Assembly (NCBI GenBank): GCA_963827685.1
Contig: CAWHBU010000001.1
Coordinates: 96,001 to 160,000, forward strand
DNA from: an uncultured delta proteobacterium
Lineage (GTDB): Bacteria; Desulfobacterota; BSN033; UBA1163
DNA length: 64,000 nucleotides
Reading direction: 5' to 3'
In this document: positions 8,992 through 18,638 of the stretch, one piece after another
How the letters are laid out: each line of letters begins with the position of its first letter
Numbering within the stretch: the first letter of the stretch is position 1
Program-made: the position numbers and the translations under genes
Notes under the pieces: generated by a model
Databases searched by the model: none
The model's input: the letters and a program-made list of their open reading frames with translations, nothing else
What the model was told of the DNA's origin: nothing

Positions 8992-9676
8992 GAAAGATGA
9001 CAAGGCGCGAAAGGGAAAATACAGTCAAAGCGAAATTGAGGATGCTCTGGCTGGGCTAATAGCGAGTACAAAGCGGATCCATCGCAAATTAGACCTTGTA
9101 CAGATAGCAAAAAAGATAGAGATCGCTCGCGAAGGATTAGGAAATTTGAAGAAAGTATCTGAAGCTATTGGGTTGTCCACAGAGATGCTCCGCCAGTTCT
9201 CAAGAGTCACAAAAATTGTTCCTGAAGCACGACGTTTTGTAACAGCAGGTGCAATTCAAAGTGTTGATATCGCAGATCGCATTAGCCGACTTCCACAGGC
9301 AGATCAATTTCTGGTTGCCCAGGCAGTTTCGCGTGGGGAATTGAACAGCGATGATGTCAGGGCCATTATTTCATTTAGAAAAGACCAGCCAAGACTTCCG
9401 ATAAGCAAGGTAATATCCCTTGTCATGGGCTCTCGCAATATAAGAGAGTACGTTGTCCAATTTCTGGTTCCTGCAGAAGAAAAGCTAAAGAACATAGAAG
9501 ATCTGTTTTTCAAATTGCTCGGCCAAGACGGAGTACGTTCTGTGAATCTCGAAAAAGGACTGGGAACGCTAATATTAAATGAAGATGGCAAGAAACGGTT
9601 TGAACTTATTGCTAAAAGGAGGGATTTAACAAAACGTGCACTGGTGAAAGAAATCATTTCCGGGGAGGTTAAATAA
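8984..9676 (+). CDS. ParB-related HTH protein lacking the N-terminal CTPase domain
   Basis: LKKVSEAIGLSTEMLRQF HTH resembles ERKVKTETGLSLQRIRQY of the upstream ParB. The TTG start overlaps the upstream stop. Confidence 0.7.
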   Translation: MHKKDDKARKGKYSQSEIEDALAGLIASTKRIHRKLDLVQIAKKIEIAREGLGNLKKVSEAIGLSTEMLRQFSRVTKIVPEARRFVTAGAIQSVDIADRISRLPQADQFLVAQAVSRGELNSDDVRAIISFRKDQPRLPISKVISLVMGSRNIREYVVQFLVPAEEKLKNIEDLFFKLLGQDGVRSVNLEKGLGTLILNEDGKKRFELIAKRRDLTKRALVKEIISGEVK

Positions 9677-9678
9677 CA

Positions 9679-10341
9679 ATGCCCAGAATGACAAGGAGAA
9701 CGCAACCCGGGCGTCTGGCCACTCAACTACATTTGCAGGAATTTTACTCTCTCAAAGAAGAGCTTTCACAATGGAGGACAAATCCACAGATCCAAGAGAT
9801 GGAAAGAGAAAAGTCCGGTGGACTTGTTTTGGGCTTTGTTAAAGGGTTACGCTTATCAGCAAGATTGATTTACGCTATCCGTGAGAATCTTTCTGAATAT
9901 GAGCTTGAGGTAGACTGGGGTCATTTATTGACAGAAGATGGAAACTCATGTTCGCCAGAGTGTGATATCATTATTCATTTGCCCGGACATTGGCGTGAGT
10001 GGAATGAACATGAAAAAAAAATTATGGATTTCAAGTTTATAAAATGTCAACGAGCAATTGCAGTCATCAGTTGCAAATCTTTTCTCAGTGCGGTCGATCG
10101 GGAATATCCCCGGAAACTGAGTTCCTACGTTAACAAGGTGCTACTTTTCGCTGAATGTTGTGAACCAAATGCTGTAGATAGACTTAAAAGATCTGCAGAA
10201 TCGGCTGGCTACAAAGGTTTCTGGTATTTATACGCATGTAACCAAACTACTTCCCAATGCACTATAGATCCAGACCAATGGGAAAACTTTCTGCACACGT
10301 TAAGGTCCATTGCACACAGGCATCGGCGGGGGTATCGTTGA
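9679..10341 (+). CDS. Putative PD-(D/E)xK-like nuclease (DUF6602-like)
   Basis: GHLLTEDGNSCSPECDIIIH and AVISCKS resemble the SxQxDIII...IEVKS pattern. GGAGG RBS present. Confidence 0.6.
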   Translation: MPRMTRRTQPGRLATQLHLQEFYSLKEELSQWRTNPQIQEMEREKSGGLVLGFVKGLRLSARLIYAIRENLSEYELEVDWGHLLTEDGNSCSPECDIIIHLPGHWREWNEHEKKIMDFKFIKCQRAIAVISCKSFLSAVDREYPRKLSSYVNKVLLFAECCEPNAVDRLKRSAESAGYKGFWYLYACNQTTSQCTIDPDQWENFLHTLRSIAHRHRRGYR

Positions 10342-10343
10342 AT

Positions 10344-11330
10344 ATGAAGGCTACAACGGAAAAAGGTCTTGGAAGAGGATATGATGCCGGTTGGGAATCT
10401 GCAGCAAAAATAATACTGAAAAAGAATTTTCGCGGCCTACAAATTCGATGTCCAAAATGCAATAAAACCGGTACATTAATCACCAAATGGATAAAGGGAT
10501 CACCGATAAAACCGCTTTATGCTTGCCATAGCAATGGTAACGGTTACTTTAAAGCATGTCACTTAGAAGGCAAACAAGCCACCTATGCGAGAGCCAACAT
10601 TGGAATAGGCAGAGATGATATTTTGAAAACTTTGAGAATGGGAGAACCTTTTGTACTTTTTAGCGGTGGCAAGGATAGTCTCTGTCTGCTCTATTACATC
10701 AGCCGACTGGCTAAAGCAATCGGGAAAGAAATCACTGCAATCCACGCGGATACAACGGCGAGCTTCCCGGAGGTTGAAGAATACGTTCAGAATGTTTGCT
10801 CCCAATTAAGTGTACCTCTGGTGACCGTCCGTCCACCTCACGATTATTTTGAGCTTGCGAAAAGGTGGGGTATCCCTGGAGTAAAATCTCGCTGGTGTTG
10901 TTCAACTTTAAAAATCGCACCAATTCGGCGGTTTCTTTCGAATGTGGTAGGACAAAAAATTATATTTGATGGCATAAGATCAGCCGAATCGAACATCCGT
11001 GCAACTTATAATCCCATTTGGTACCATCCGGCATTTCGGTGTATCAGTGTGAGCCCTATTTTTGATTGGTCGGATGAAAAAGTAAAAAAGTATATAGAGG
11101 TGAATAATCTTCCAAAAAGCCCGACCGCGAATCTGAACACTTCAGCGGAATGTTGGTGTGGTGCATATAAGTGCAGAAATGATTTTGAAGCCTTAATCGA
11201 TATTCACCCGGACATTTTTGATAAACTTGTTGAGATCGAAAAAGCACAAAAGGGTAAATACACTTTTCTCTTTGAAAAAGGCGTGCGAGTTCCTTTGGAC
11301 TCTCTGAAGAAGGAGAAAATAAGAAAATAG
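10344..11330 (+). CDS. Phosphoadenosine phosphosulfate (PAPS) reductase-family PP-loop protein with N-terminal zinc ribbon
   Basis: FSGGKDS PP-loop, HADT, RWCCSTLKIAP, GIRSAES..R, PIFDWS and ECWC; N-terminal CPKC...ACH...ACH. ATG 10344 lies 2 nt after the previous stop. Confidence 0.88.
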   Translation: MKATTEKGLGRGYDAGWESAAKIILKKNFRGLQIRCPKCNKTGTLITKWIKGSPIKPLYACHSNGNGYFKACHLEGKQATYARANIGIGRDDILKTLRMGEPFVLFSGGKDSLCLLYYISRLAKAIGKEITAIHADTTASFPEVEEYVQNVCSQLSVPLVTVRPPHDYFELAKRWGIPGVKSRWCCSTLKIAPIRRFLSNVVGQKIIFDGIRSAESNIRATYNPIWYHPAFRCISVSPIFDWSDEKVKKYIEVNNLPKSPTANLNTSAECWCGAYKCRNDFEALIDIHPDIFDKLVEIEKAQKGKYTFLFEKGVRVPLDSLKKEKIRK

Positions 11331-11442
11331 ACAAAACCAATAAGACTTTCAGTCAATATTCCTCAACTGCCTATCATCGGAATATCTGGAGATAAGTAGT
11401 TGAAAGTGTTGGTCCAGATTTGATGAACTGATGTCTGCCAAA

Positions 11443-12345
11443 TCAAATCTTTGCTTTTGCCGCTTGTCCCTCCTGTCCCCTTCTGGCTTTCCTAATGTCC
11501 TCCAAATAAAACTTGATCAGAGGAGACATCTCGGGGGGTTGCCAATCTGTCTTTTTGGGTTCTTCGGGCCAGGTGAACGGTAGATGCCAGACCTCCCCTG
11601 GTTTTTTGGCCTTTTCAAGAACCTCAAGGGTTTTTAGAAGAACTTCCCTTTGACCTTCCCGGTCTCCGACCTGCCCTACGGGTCTCCCGTAAGGGTATTC
11701 AATGGAGGCAGATCGGGGGATTCCTACAGCCCGATGAAATTCATAGGTGGGCGTGAGAACAACGGCTGAGAATCCATCCTCCTCCAAGAACCTCGCAGCC
11801 AGTCCGACGGACTGACAGCAGAAGGGTCAGGCTGGAGTCATGAGGACTGCCTCGACTCTCTCAAGTCTCATCCTCATGGAAATAGGCTCAATAGCTCCTT
11901 TTAGGTAATCGGTACTCTTCCATTGAAAACCGTAAAAGGAATAGGAGGTAGGAGCGAGACGGCCAATGATTTTCTCCTTCTCAAATTCAGCCATCCGTGC
12001 CAGAGGAAGGATGACATTGATATCCTGTTTGATATAGTTGGTATTAATATGGAGGTGATTGACTTCAATATCCTTCTCGGTGGTCCCTCTCGGTATCTCC
12101 CGATAAGAACGGTCACCCCAGAGAGGTTCCTTTTTCTCTCTTTCCATATCAAAAGGAGGATCTGTTTTTAAACTGATGCCAGCGCTCGTCACTAAGGCCA
12201 TGGTCGTCTGATTCAAGGGCTTAGCCACTGGCGTCCAGGGAATATAGCCCTGATACTCTTCTTCTGGAATGAAGGTGTTGACCCAAGCTTTTAAGCCTGG
12301 GGGAAGAAACCGAAATCCATCCACCTTTTTCTCTCCTTGTTCCAT
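11443..12345 (-). CDS. Glycine/sarcosine/betaine/D-proline reductase selenoprotein B (GrdB/PrdB) family protein, Sec at UGA 11827-11829
   Basis: ORFs 11827-12372 and 11443-11787 are in the same frame across one TGA, reading LMTPA-U-PFCCQSVGLAARFLE (UxxC). ALVTSAG and QDINVILPL motifs present; a SECIS-like hairpin follows. Confidence 0.88.
11789..11826 (-). promoter_or_regulatory. Putative bacterial SECIS element
   Basis: Minus strand after UGA: GU-CAGUCC-GUC-GGACUG-GC hairpin with G as the first loop base. Confidence 0.7.
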
Positions 12346-12585
12346 AGGATCCCCCTCTTTCGCTATGCGCATAGCGCCTGCCTACCAGCAGGCAGGCTTA
12401 GCGTGCTTAGATATATATATAAATGTTAGGAAACAGCCAAGTCGAAAAACCCGATAGCTACCTTCCCCTTACTTTTAGATTTCATTTTTTTCAGTCGTAA
12501 GGGTATAATAGTCGCTAATAAAATAATTCTATCAAAAATCTGCCCTTATTCCAATGGACTGTTATTGTCAGAAGGGTGTTAACAA

Positions 12586-13641
12586 ATGGAAATTATAAGA
12601 ATACACCAGAGCAGAAGACATCAAATCGATTTCGAAAATTTGGGGTTCGGAGAGATTTTCTCAGACCACATGTTCAGCATGGAATATAAGAACGGGGGAT
12701 GGGGTTCATCTCAGATTATTCCGTATGGGGAGATTGCGATTTATCCATCCATCTGTTCACTGCACTATGGACAGATCGTCTTTGAGGGTCTTAAGGCATT
12801 TTATACCCAGAGAGGTACGATCAATATCTTTCGCCCTGAAAAATATTACGAGCGGATGAATCTCTCCTGTCAGAGGCTCTGTATCCCCGAGGTAGGTTTT
12901 GACATCTTCATGAACGGTTTGAAAGAACTGGTGACCCTTGATAAGGAATGGGTCCCAAGAAAAAGGGGATATTCCCTCTATATTCGCCCGTTCATCTTTG
13001 CGACAGATAATTTTCTCGGCGTCAAGGTCTCTGAGACTTATCGTTTTATGATCATCACTTCTCCTGTCGGAGTCTATTACAAAGAAGGGATTAATCCCGT
13101 GAAATTGATCACACCCGGAGAATATATCCGTGCAGCAAAAGGTGGCCTCGGCGCAGCAAAAACGCCAGCCAATTATGCTGCAACTCTCCTGCCTGCTGAA
13201 GAGGCAAAAAAGAAAGGCTTCACACAGATCCTCTGGCTTGATGGGAACGAAAGGAGATATATTGAAGAAGTGGGTACGATGAATATCTTTTTCCTCATCG
13301 ACGATCAACTGATTACGCCCCCTTTAGAAGGAACCATCCTCGGCGGAGTCACTCGGGATACGGCGATTCATCTTGCAAAAGATTGGAAAATCAATGTAAC
13401 AGAGAAGAGAATCTCTATCGATGAGGTCATATCGGCTTCAAAGAGAGGCGGATTAAAAGAGGCATTTGGAACCGGCACCGCAGCGGTGATCTCGCCTGTC
13501 GGTGAGATTCAATATGAGAATTGGCGAATGATCATAAACGAAGGCAAGATAGGGCCTTTGTCCCAAAAACTATACGATGAGATTACAGGAATCCAGTATG
13601 GAGAAAGAGCAGATAAATACGGATGGTGTTATTTGATCTAA
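12586..13641 (+). CDS. ilvE: Branched-chain amino acid aminotransferase
   Basis: LHYGQIVFEGLKA, LYIRPF, AKTPANYA, EEVGTMN, ILGGVTR and GTAAVISP. Confidence 0.96.
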   Translation: MEIIRIHQSRRHQIDFENLGFGEIFSDHMFSMEYKNGGWGSSQIIPYGEIAIYPSICSLHYGQIVFEGLKAFYTQRGTINIFRPEKYYERMNLSCQRLCIPEVGFDIFMNGLKELVTLDKEWVPRKRGYSLYIRPFIFATDNFLGVKVSETYRFMIITSPVGVYYKEGINPVKLITPGEYIRAAKGGLGAAKTPANYAATLLPAEEAKKKGFTQILWLDGNERRYIEEVGTMNIFFLIDDQLITPPLEGTILGGVTRDTAIHLAKDWKINVTEKRISIDEVISASKRGGLKEAFGTGTAAVISPVGEIQYENWRMIINEGKIGPLSQKLYDEITGIQYGERADKYGWCYLI

Positions 13642-13758
13642 GGATTTTGGACAGGGCGATCCTCTACGGAATTTGAAGGTGTCCAATTTATACGTAGAGC
13701 ATAAGGAAAAATAGAGAGAAATGAGTTAGTATTTGGAAAAAGAGTTTTCCGTTTTCTC

Positions 13759-13868
13759 TTGGCCGGAACGTGCCCCGCAAGCCCCGCCTTGTAGGCGGGG
13801 TCAAGGGGCATAATATGAAATGAAATTACCTTGCCGGGAAGCCCCGCCCTGGGGGCGGGGAGCTTCAC
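13759..13868 (-). mobile_element. Non-autonomous two-hairpin element, copy 2 (no palindrome insert)
   Basis: Reverse complement aligns with 2418-2549; two GC-rich hairpins CCCCGCC...GGCGGGG. Confidence 0.7.
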
Positions 13869-13929
13869 ATCGATTAGATTTTAGAATTATTTTTGTTTAA
13901 TGATTTCACTTGATTCGGGGGATAATAGC

Positions 13930-14598
13930 GTGTCTCTCTTTATTACTTTTGAAGGCGTAGAAGGGAGTGGTAAGACCACGCAGATTCAACGCCTGAAAGA
14001 ATATCTCACCCGAAAAGGCATTCCGTGTAAAGTAACCCGAGAGCCAGGAGGGTGTCCTATTGGTGAGAAAGTAAGGAAAATCCTTTTGAACCCAGACCAT
14101 CGTGAGATGGTCCCGACAACCGAGCTCCTCCTCTACGAAGCCGCCAGGGCACAACATGTGAATGAGGTCATTAAGCCCTTTTTGAAAAAGGGAGGGGTCA
14201 TTCTTTGCGACCGTTTCAGCGATGCCACCCTTGCCTATCAAGGCTACGGGCGAAGGATAGACTTGAAATGGATTGAACGCCTCAATCATCTCTCCTCTCA
14301 GGGCATCAAGCCCGATGTCACCTTCCTTCTGGATTGTCCTTCTAATGTAGGATTAAACAGAGCGCTTCAAAGGAATCGAACGCTGAAACAAGAAAGAGAG
14401 GAGCGCTTTGAAAGAGAGGAGATTCCATTTCACCAGCGGGTGAGAAAAGGGTACCTTGCCATTGCCAAAAAAGAACCCCGTCGGGTCAAAGTGATCGATA
14501 CCCGAGAGGGTGAAGAGAAAGTCTTTGAAAAGATTCGAAAAATCGTTGATAATTTATTAATAGGGATCAAGGAGTCAAGGGGTCGAGGGATCAAGTAG
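13930..14598 (+). CDS. tmk: Thymidylate kinase
   Basis: FITFEGVEGSGKTT, TREPGG and CDRFSDATLAYQG. GTG 13930 preferred as start. Confidence 0.96.
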   Translation: MSLFITFEGVEGSGKTTQIQRLKEYLTRKGIPCKVTREPGGCPIGEKVRKILLNPDHREMVPTTELLLYEAARAQHVNEVIKPFLKKGGVILCDRFSDATLAYQGYGRRIDLKWIERLNHLSSQGIKPDVTFLLDCPSNVGLNRALQRNRTLKQEREERFEREEIPFHQRVRKGYLAIAKKEPRRVKVIDTREGEEKVFEKIRKIVDNLLIGIKESRGRGIK

Positions 14599-14741
14599 AC
14601 CCCCAAAATTTTTTGGAACATCATATATTTTCTTCAAGTTTTGCACTCGAACCCTTGAACCCTAGAATCCCTGCCTGCGGCAGGCCCTGAACCTAGCATG
14701 GTACAGGGCAGGCAGGCTCGAACCCATTTAGCGAGAAAAAT

Positions 14742-15728
14742 ATGTCATTCAAAGACGTTTTAGGACATTCTAAACCCATCACATTGTTACAGCGGGCGAT
14801 CAAAAATGAGAGGGTCATTAACAGCTACCTCTTTCTGGGAAACGAAGGGATCGGAAAGAAGTACGTAGCTCTTCAATTTGCAAAGGCGCTCAACTGCCTC
14901 GGAGGAGAGGCTGACAGGGGAGATGCCTGCGATCATTGTGCTTCCTGTAAAAAGATTGATCACGCTCTTCATCCCGACGTCTTACTCATTGAACCAGAAG
15001 GGCAAAATATCAAGGTCGATCAAGTGAGGCAATTGCAGAAGGAACTGGCCTACCGACCCTACGAAGGGAAGCGTCGTGTCTGTATCCTGACGGCTGCAGA
15101 TCGGATGGCTCCTCACATACCGAACACTCTCCTCAAAACATTGGAAGAACCTCCGCTCCATACGGTGATCATCCTATTGGCTAATAACTCCAGGTTTATA
15201 TTGCCCACGATCCTTTCACGATGCCAGACGGTTCGCTTTAATCCCCTGCCCGTCCCTTTGGTCGCCAAATGGTTGATGGAACGCAAGGGCCTCAACGAAG
15301 CGGAAGCCCATCTCCTCGCCTCTCTTTCAGAAGGAAGTCCTGGAAAGGCTTCGGAGATCCAAGAAGAGATCCGCCAGGTTCCGAGAGAAGAACTCTTGAA
15401 GGACTGGGTGGGATTGAAATCACTTTCATTTGAAAGGATAGGGAGTTGGGTTGAATCTTTACCCTCTCAACGGGAAAATCTCCTATTAATCCTCGAAGTG
15501 GGCAAGACCCTATTGAGAGATTTAGTCATGGTGAAGACTTTGGAAAAAGAGCCAAAACTGATCCATTCAGATCTCTTGCAACTCATGGAGTCGATGGCTG
15601 CGAATTGGAGTCTCTCCTCCCTTTTGAAACGGATGGAGATCCTCCATCAAACCACTCTTGCTATCAAGGCCAATGCCAATACGAGCCTGGCCCTCGAGGC
15701 CATGATGCTCTCCTGGGCTGAAGGATAG
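14742..15728 (+). CDS. holB: DNA polymerase III subunit delta'
   Basis: YLFLGNEGIGK, CDHCASC, HPD, LLKTLEEPP and LPTILSRC; follows tmk. Confidence 0.95.
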   Translation: MSFKDVLGHSKPITLLQRAIKNERVINSYLFLGNEGIGKKYVALQFAKALNCLGGEADRGDACDHCASCKKIDHALHPDVLLIEPEGQNIKVDQVRQLQKELAYRPYEGKRRVCILTAADRMAPHIPNTLLKTLEEPPLHTVIILLANNSRFILPTILSRCQTVRFNPLPVPLVAKWLMERKGLNEAEAHLLASLSEGSPGKASEIQEEIRQVPREELLKDWVGLKSLSFERIGSWVESLPSQRENLLLILEVGKTLLRDLVMVKTLEKEPKLIHSDLLQLMESMAANWSLSSLLKRMEILHQTTLAIKANANTSLALEAMMLSWAEG

Positions 15729-15733
15729 AGAAG

Positions 15734-16520
15734 ATGATTCGTTTAGTTTTTGTCAAACTACCCAATGGAAGAATAGAAGAATTCGACGCGACGCAACTCT
15801 CCCTCGAAGCGGGTGAAAACGTCATCGTCGAGACTGAAAAGGGATTGGTCCTGGGAAAGGTCCTCTCTCCACCTCATGAAAAGGAAAAACGCTACTTTCT
15901 GAAATCTCCAAGAAAGGTAACTCGGAAAGCCACGGCTGAAGATCTCGAGCAATTTAAGGGAAACCAACAATTGGAGAATGAGGCCTTTCAATTCTGCCTT
16001 CAGAAAATCAGGGAGAAGAACCTGGACATGAAGCTGGTCAAAACGGAGATCCTTTTAGACCGCTCTAAGGCCCTCTTCTATTTCACGTCTGAAAAGAGGA
16101 TCGATTTTCGGGAGCTGGTCAAAGATCTAGCCGCGGAATTCAGGATGCGGATTGAGATGCGGCAGATCGGAGTGAGGGATGAAGCCAAAATGGTCTGTGG
16201 CCTTGGGAGTTGTGGGAGGGAGCTCTGTTGCGCCAAATTCATGAATCGATTCGAACTGGTCTCCGTCAAAATGGCCAAGGAGCAAAACTTAGCCCTCAAC
16301 CCGACAAAGATTTCCGGAGTGTGTGGCCGTTTAATGTGTTGCCTGGCTTACGAATTTCCCACTTACGTCGATTTAAAAAAAGATCTCCCCAAAGTGGGCA
16401 AGTACATTATGACTCGCTCCGGTAAGGGAAAGGTCATCCGTCAAAATGTCCTCAGCCAGACCGTGACTGTAAGAATTAGAGGAAGGGGGAGAGATCACCA
16501 TTCATGCATCCGACCTCTAA
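15734..16520 (+). CDS. ricT: PSP1-domain protein (RicT/YaaT); apparent +1 frameshift near the 3' end
   Basis: RIDFRELVKDLA, RIEMRQIGVRDEAK, CGRELCC and KISGVCGRLMCCLAYE. Removing one A near 16471 gives TVELEEGGEITIHASDL* ending at 16520. Confidence 0.9.
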
Positions 16521-18075
16521 AAAGTCCTTCTACATCACCACCCCCATCTACTATGTCAATGATGTCCCCCATATCGGCCATGCCTATACCACTGTCGCTG
16601 CTGACACCCTCGCCCGCTTCAAGCGCTTGGAGGGGTATCAGGTTTTCTTTCTCACCGGCACAGATGAACATGGCCAGAAGGTGGAGAAAGCGGCTCAGGA
16701 GCGGGGCGTCGATCCAAAGGCTCACTGCGATGAAATGGTTGTGCGATTCCAATCCCTCTGGAAGAAACTGAATATTTCCAACAATGATTTCATCCGCACC
16801 ACAGAATTGCGCCATAAAAAAGTGGTTCAGAAAATCCTTCAGGATCTCTTTGATCGCGGAGAGATCTATCAGGACAATTATGATGGATGGTATTGCATCC
16901 CCTGCGAACGCTTCTGGACTGAAAAGGATCTGATAGATGGGAAATGTCCGGATTGCCTTCGTTCGGTGACCGAGATCTCAGAGAAGAACTACTTCTTTCG
17001 GATGAGCAAGTATCAATCCTGGTTGATCGAGTACATCGAAAAGAATGACCGTTTTATCTTCCCCTCACCGAGAAGAAATGAGATATTAGGATTTCTCCGC
17101 AGCCCCTTGGAGGATCTCTGCATCTCGAGACCGAAGAAACGGTTGAAATGGGGAATTGAAATTCCTTTCGATACCGAATATGTAACCTATGTCTGGTTCG
17201 ACGCCCTGATCAACTATGTCAGTGGGATTGGCTATGGTGCTGGAGAAAATACATTCTCTCAATTTTGGCCCCAGGCGACTCATCTCATTGGCAAGGATAT
17301 CCTCACCACCCACACGGTCTACTGGCCCACCATGCTCAAGGCAATTGGCTTGTCTCCTCCGCGAATGGTATTCGCCCATGGATGGTGGACCATCGAAGGT
17401 AAAAAAATGTCGAAATCCCTTCAGAATGTGGTCGAGCCCAATCGTTTGATCGACACCTATGGGGTAGATGCCGTCAGGTATTTTCTCATGCGGGAAGTTC
17501 CCTTCGGAACGGACGGTGACTTCTCCCATTCTGCCATGGTCCATCGGATCAATGGCGATCTGGCAAATGATCTGGGTAACCTTTTCAGCCGAGCTCTCAG
17601 CATGGTCGTCAAATATTTCGATGGTCTTATTCCAACCCCTTCCAACCTTGAGGATGTGGATCGAGGACTTCAAGATGTCTCTGAAAAGATTCTTCCCCAA
17701 TTATCGAAACAGATGGATGATTTGGCCTTTCATAAAGCATTGGCTTCGATCTGGGAGATGGTCAATGCTGGCAATAAATATATCGATGAAACCGCACCCT
17801 GGGCTTTAGCCAAAGAAGAAAAAGATCGACCCCATCTTGGCACGGTGCTCTATCAGACGTTGGAATCTCTTCGAATCATTGCCCTGCTGCTTGCTGCCTT
17901 CATGCCGTCCACTTCTGACAAGATGTGGTCCCAACTTGGCATAGAGGAAAATCTCTGGGAACAAAATGTAAAAGAGAACGGAAAGTGGGGAGGCCTAAAA
18001 CCTGGAAAGAAGTTGGCTAAACCGATTCCTCTCTTTCCAAGAATTGACCCCTCTAAGATCTCACAAGGCACATAA
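16504..18075 (+). CDS. metG: Methionine--tRNA ligase (short form without C-terminal tRNA-binding domain)
   Basis: FYITTPIYYVN, HIGH, GTDEHGQK, YVWFDAL and KMSKS. Confidence 0.97.
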   Translation: MHPTSKKSFYITTPIYYVNDVPHIGHAYTTVAADTLARFKRLEGYQVFFLTGTDEHGQKVEKAAQERGVDPKAHCDEMVVRFQSLWKKLNISNNDFIRTTELRHKKVVQKILQDLFDRGEIYQDNYDGWYCIPCERFWTEKDLIDGKCPDCLRSVTEISEKNYFFRMSKYQSWLIEYIEKNDRFIFPSPRRNEILGFLRSPLEDLCISRPKKRLKWGIEIPFDTEYVTYVWFDALINYVSGIGYGAGENTFSQFWPQATHLIGKDILTTHTVYWPTMLKAIGLSPPRMVFAHGWWTIEGKKMSKSLQNVVEPNRLIDTYGVDAVRYFLMREVPFGTDGDFSHSAMVHRINGDLANDLGNLFSRALSMVVKYFDGLIPTPSNLEDVDRGLQDVSEKILPQLSKQMDDLAFHKALASIWEMVNAGNKYIDETAPWALAKEEKDRPHLGTVLYQTLESLRIIALLLAAFMPSTSDKMWSQLGIEENLWEQNVKENGKWGGLKPGKKLAKPIPLFPRIDPSKISQGT

Positions 18076-18150
18076 CGCAAAGCGCATCCCCCCCACCCTT
18101 TCCCTCCCCCTCGAGGGGGGAGGGGGTGGTTGTTTAATTTGTGAGAAGTT

Positions 18151-18627
18151 ATGAAAAAACCTCAATCCATCCGCTCGATTCTTGAGAAAACCGTGAAGAC
18201 TTTAGAGATCGATGTCCCATTGAAAACCTATTCCATATTGGGAGCATGGAACGAAATCGTAGGTGAATCCGTGGCGGGTCATTCTCAACCCCATTCCATT
18301 CGAAACCGAATTCTCTTCATTGATGTCACCCATCCAACCTGGATGCAACAACTCCAGTTTCTTAAACCTACCCTTCTCGAAAAAGTAAATACCTTTTTAG
18401 GCGAGTCGCTCATCCAGGACATTCGATTCAAATTGGGGAAGATCTCTCGAACCATCCCTGCTCCTCCAAAAACCCTTTGGATGGAAGACGAGAAACTTGA
18501 CAAAGCGACCTTGAACCGCATTGAAAGTCTTCTCCAAGAAATTGATGATGAAGAGGTACAGAAGAGTCTGCGCGAGGTTTTGATCAAAGGAGCAAAATTG
18601 GAGCGTTACAGAAGGAAACAAAAATAG
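18151..18627 (+). CDS. DUF721/DciA family protein
   Basis: W.EIVG..VA.HSQP..I...IL.I.V.HPTWMQQLQF..P.LL pattern. Confidence 0.85.
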   Translation: MKKPQSIRSILEKTVKTLEIDVPLKTYSILGAWNEIVGESVAGHSQPHSIRNRILFIDVTHPTWMQQLQFLKPTLLEKVNTFLGESLIQDIRFKLGKISRTIPAPPKTLWMEDEKLDKATLNRIESLLQEIDDEEVQKSLREVLIKGAKLERYRRKQK

Positions 18628-18638
18628 AAGGCTGATGA

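Noticed and set aside
10344-11330. Assimilatory cysH
   Set aside because: No cys genes nearby, no C-terminal ECGLH motif, an extra zinc ribbon, and an island context.
13638-13868. Short ORFs MKLPAPRAGLPG... and 2302-2581
   Set aside because: They are translations of the non-coding two-hairpin repeat elements.
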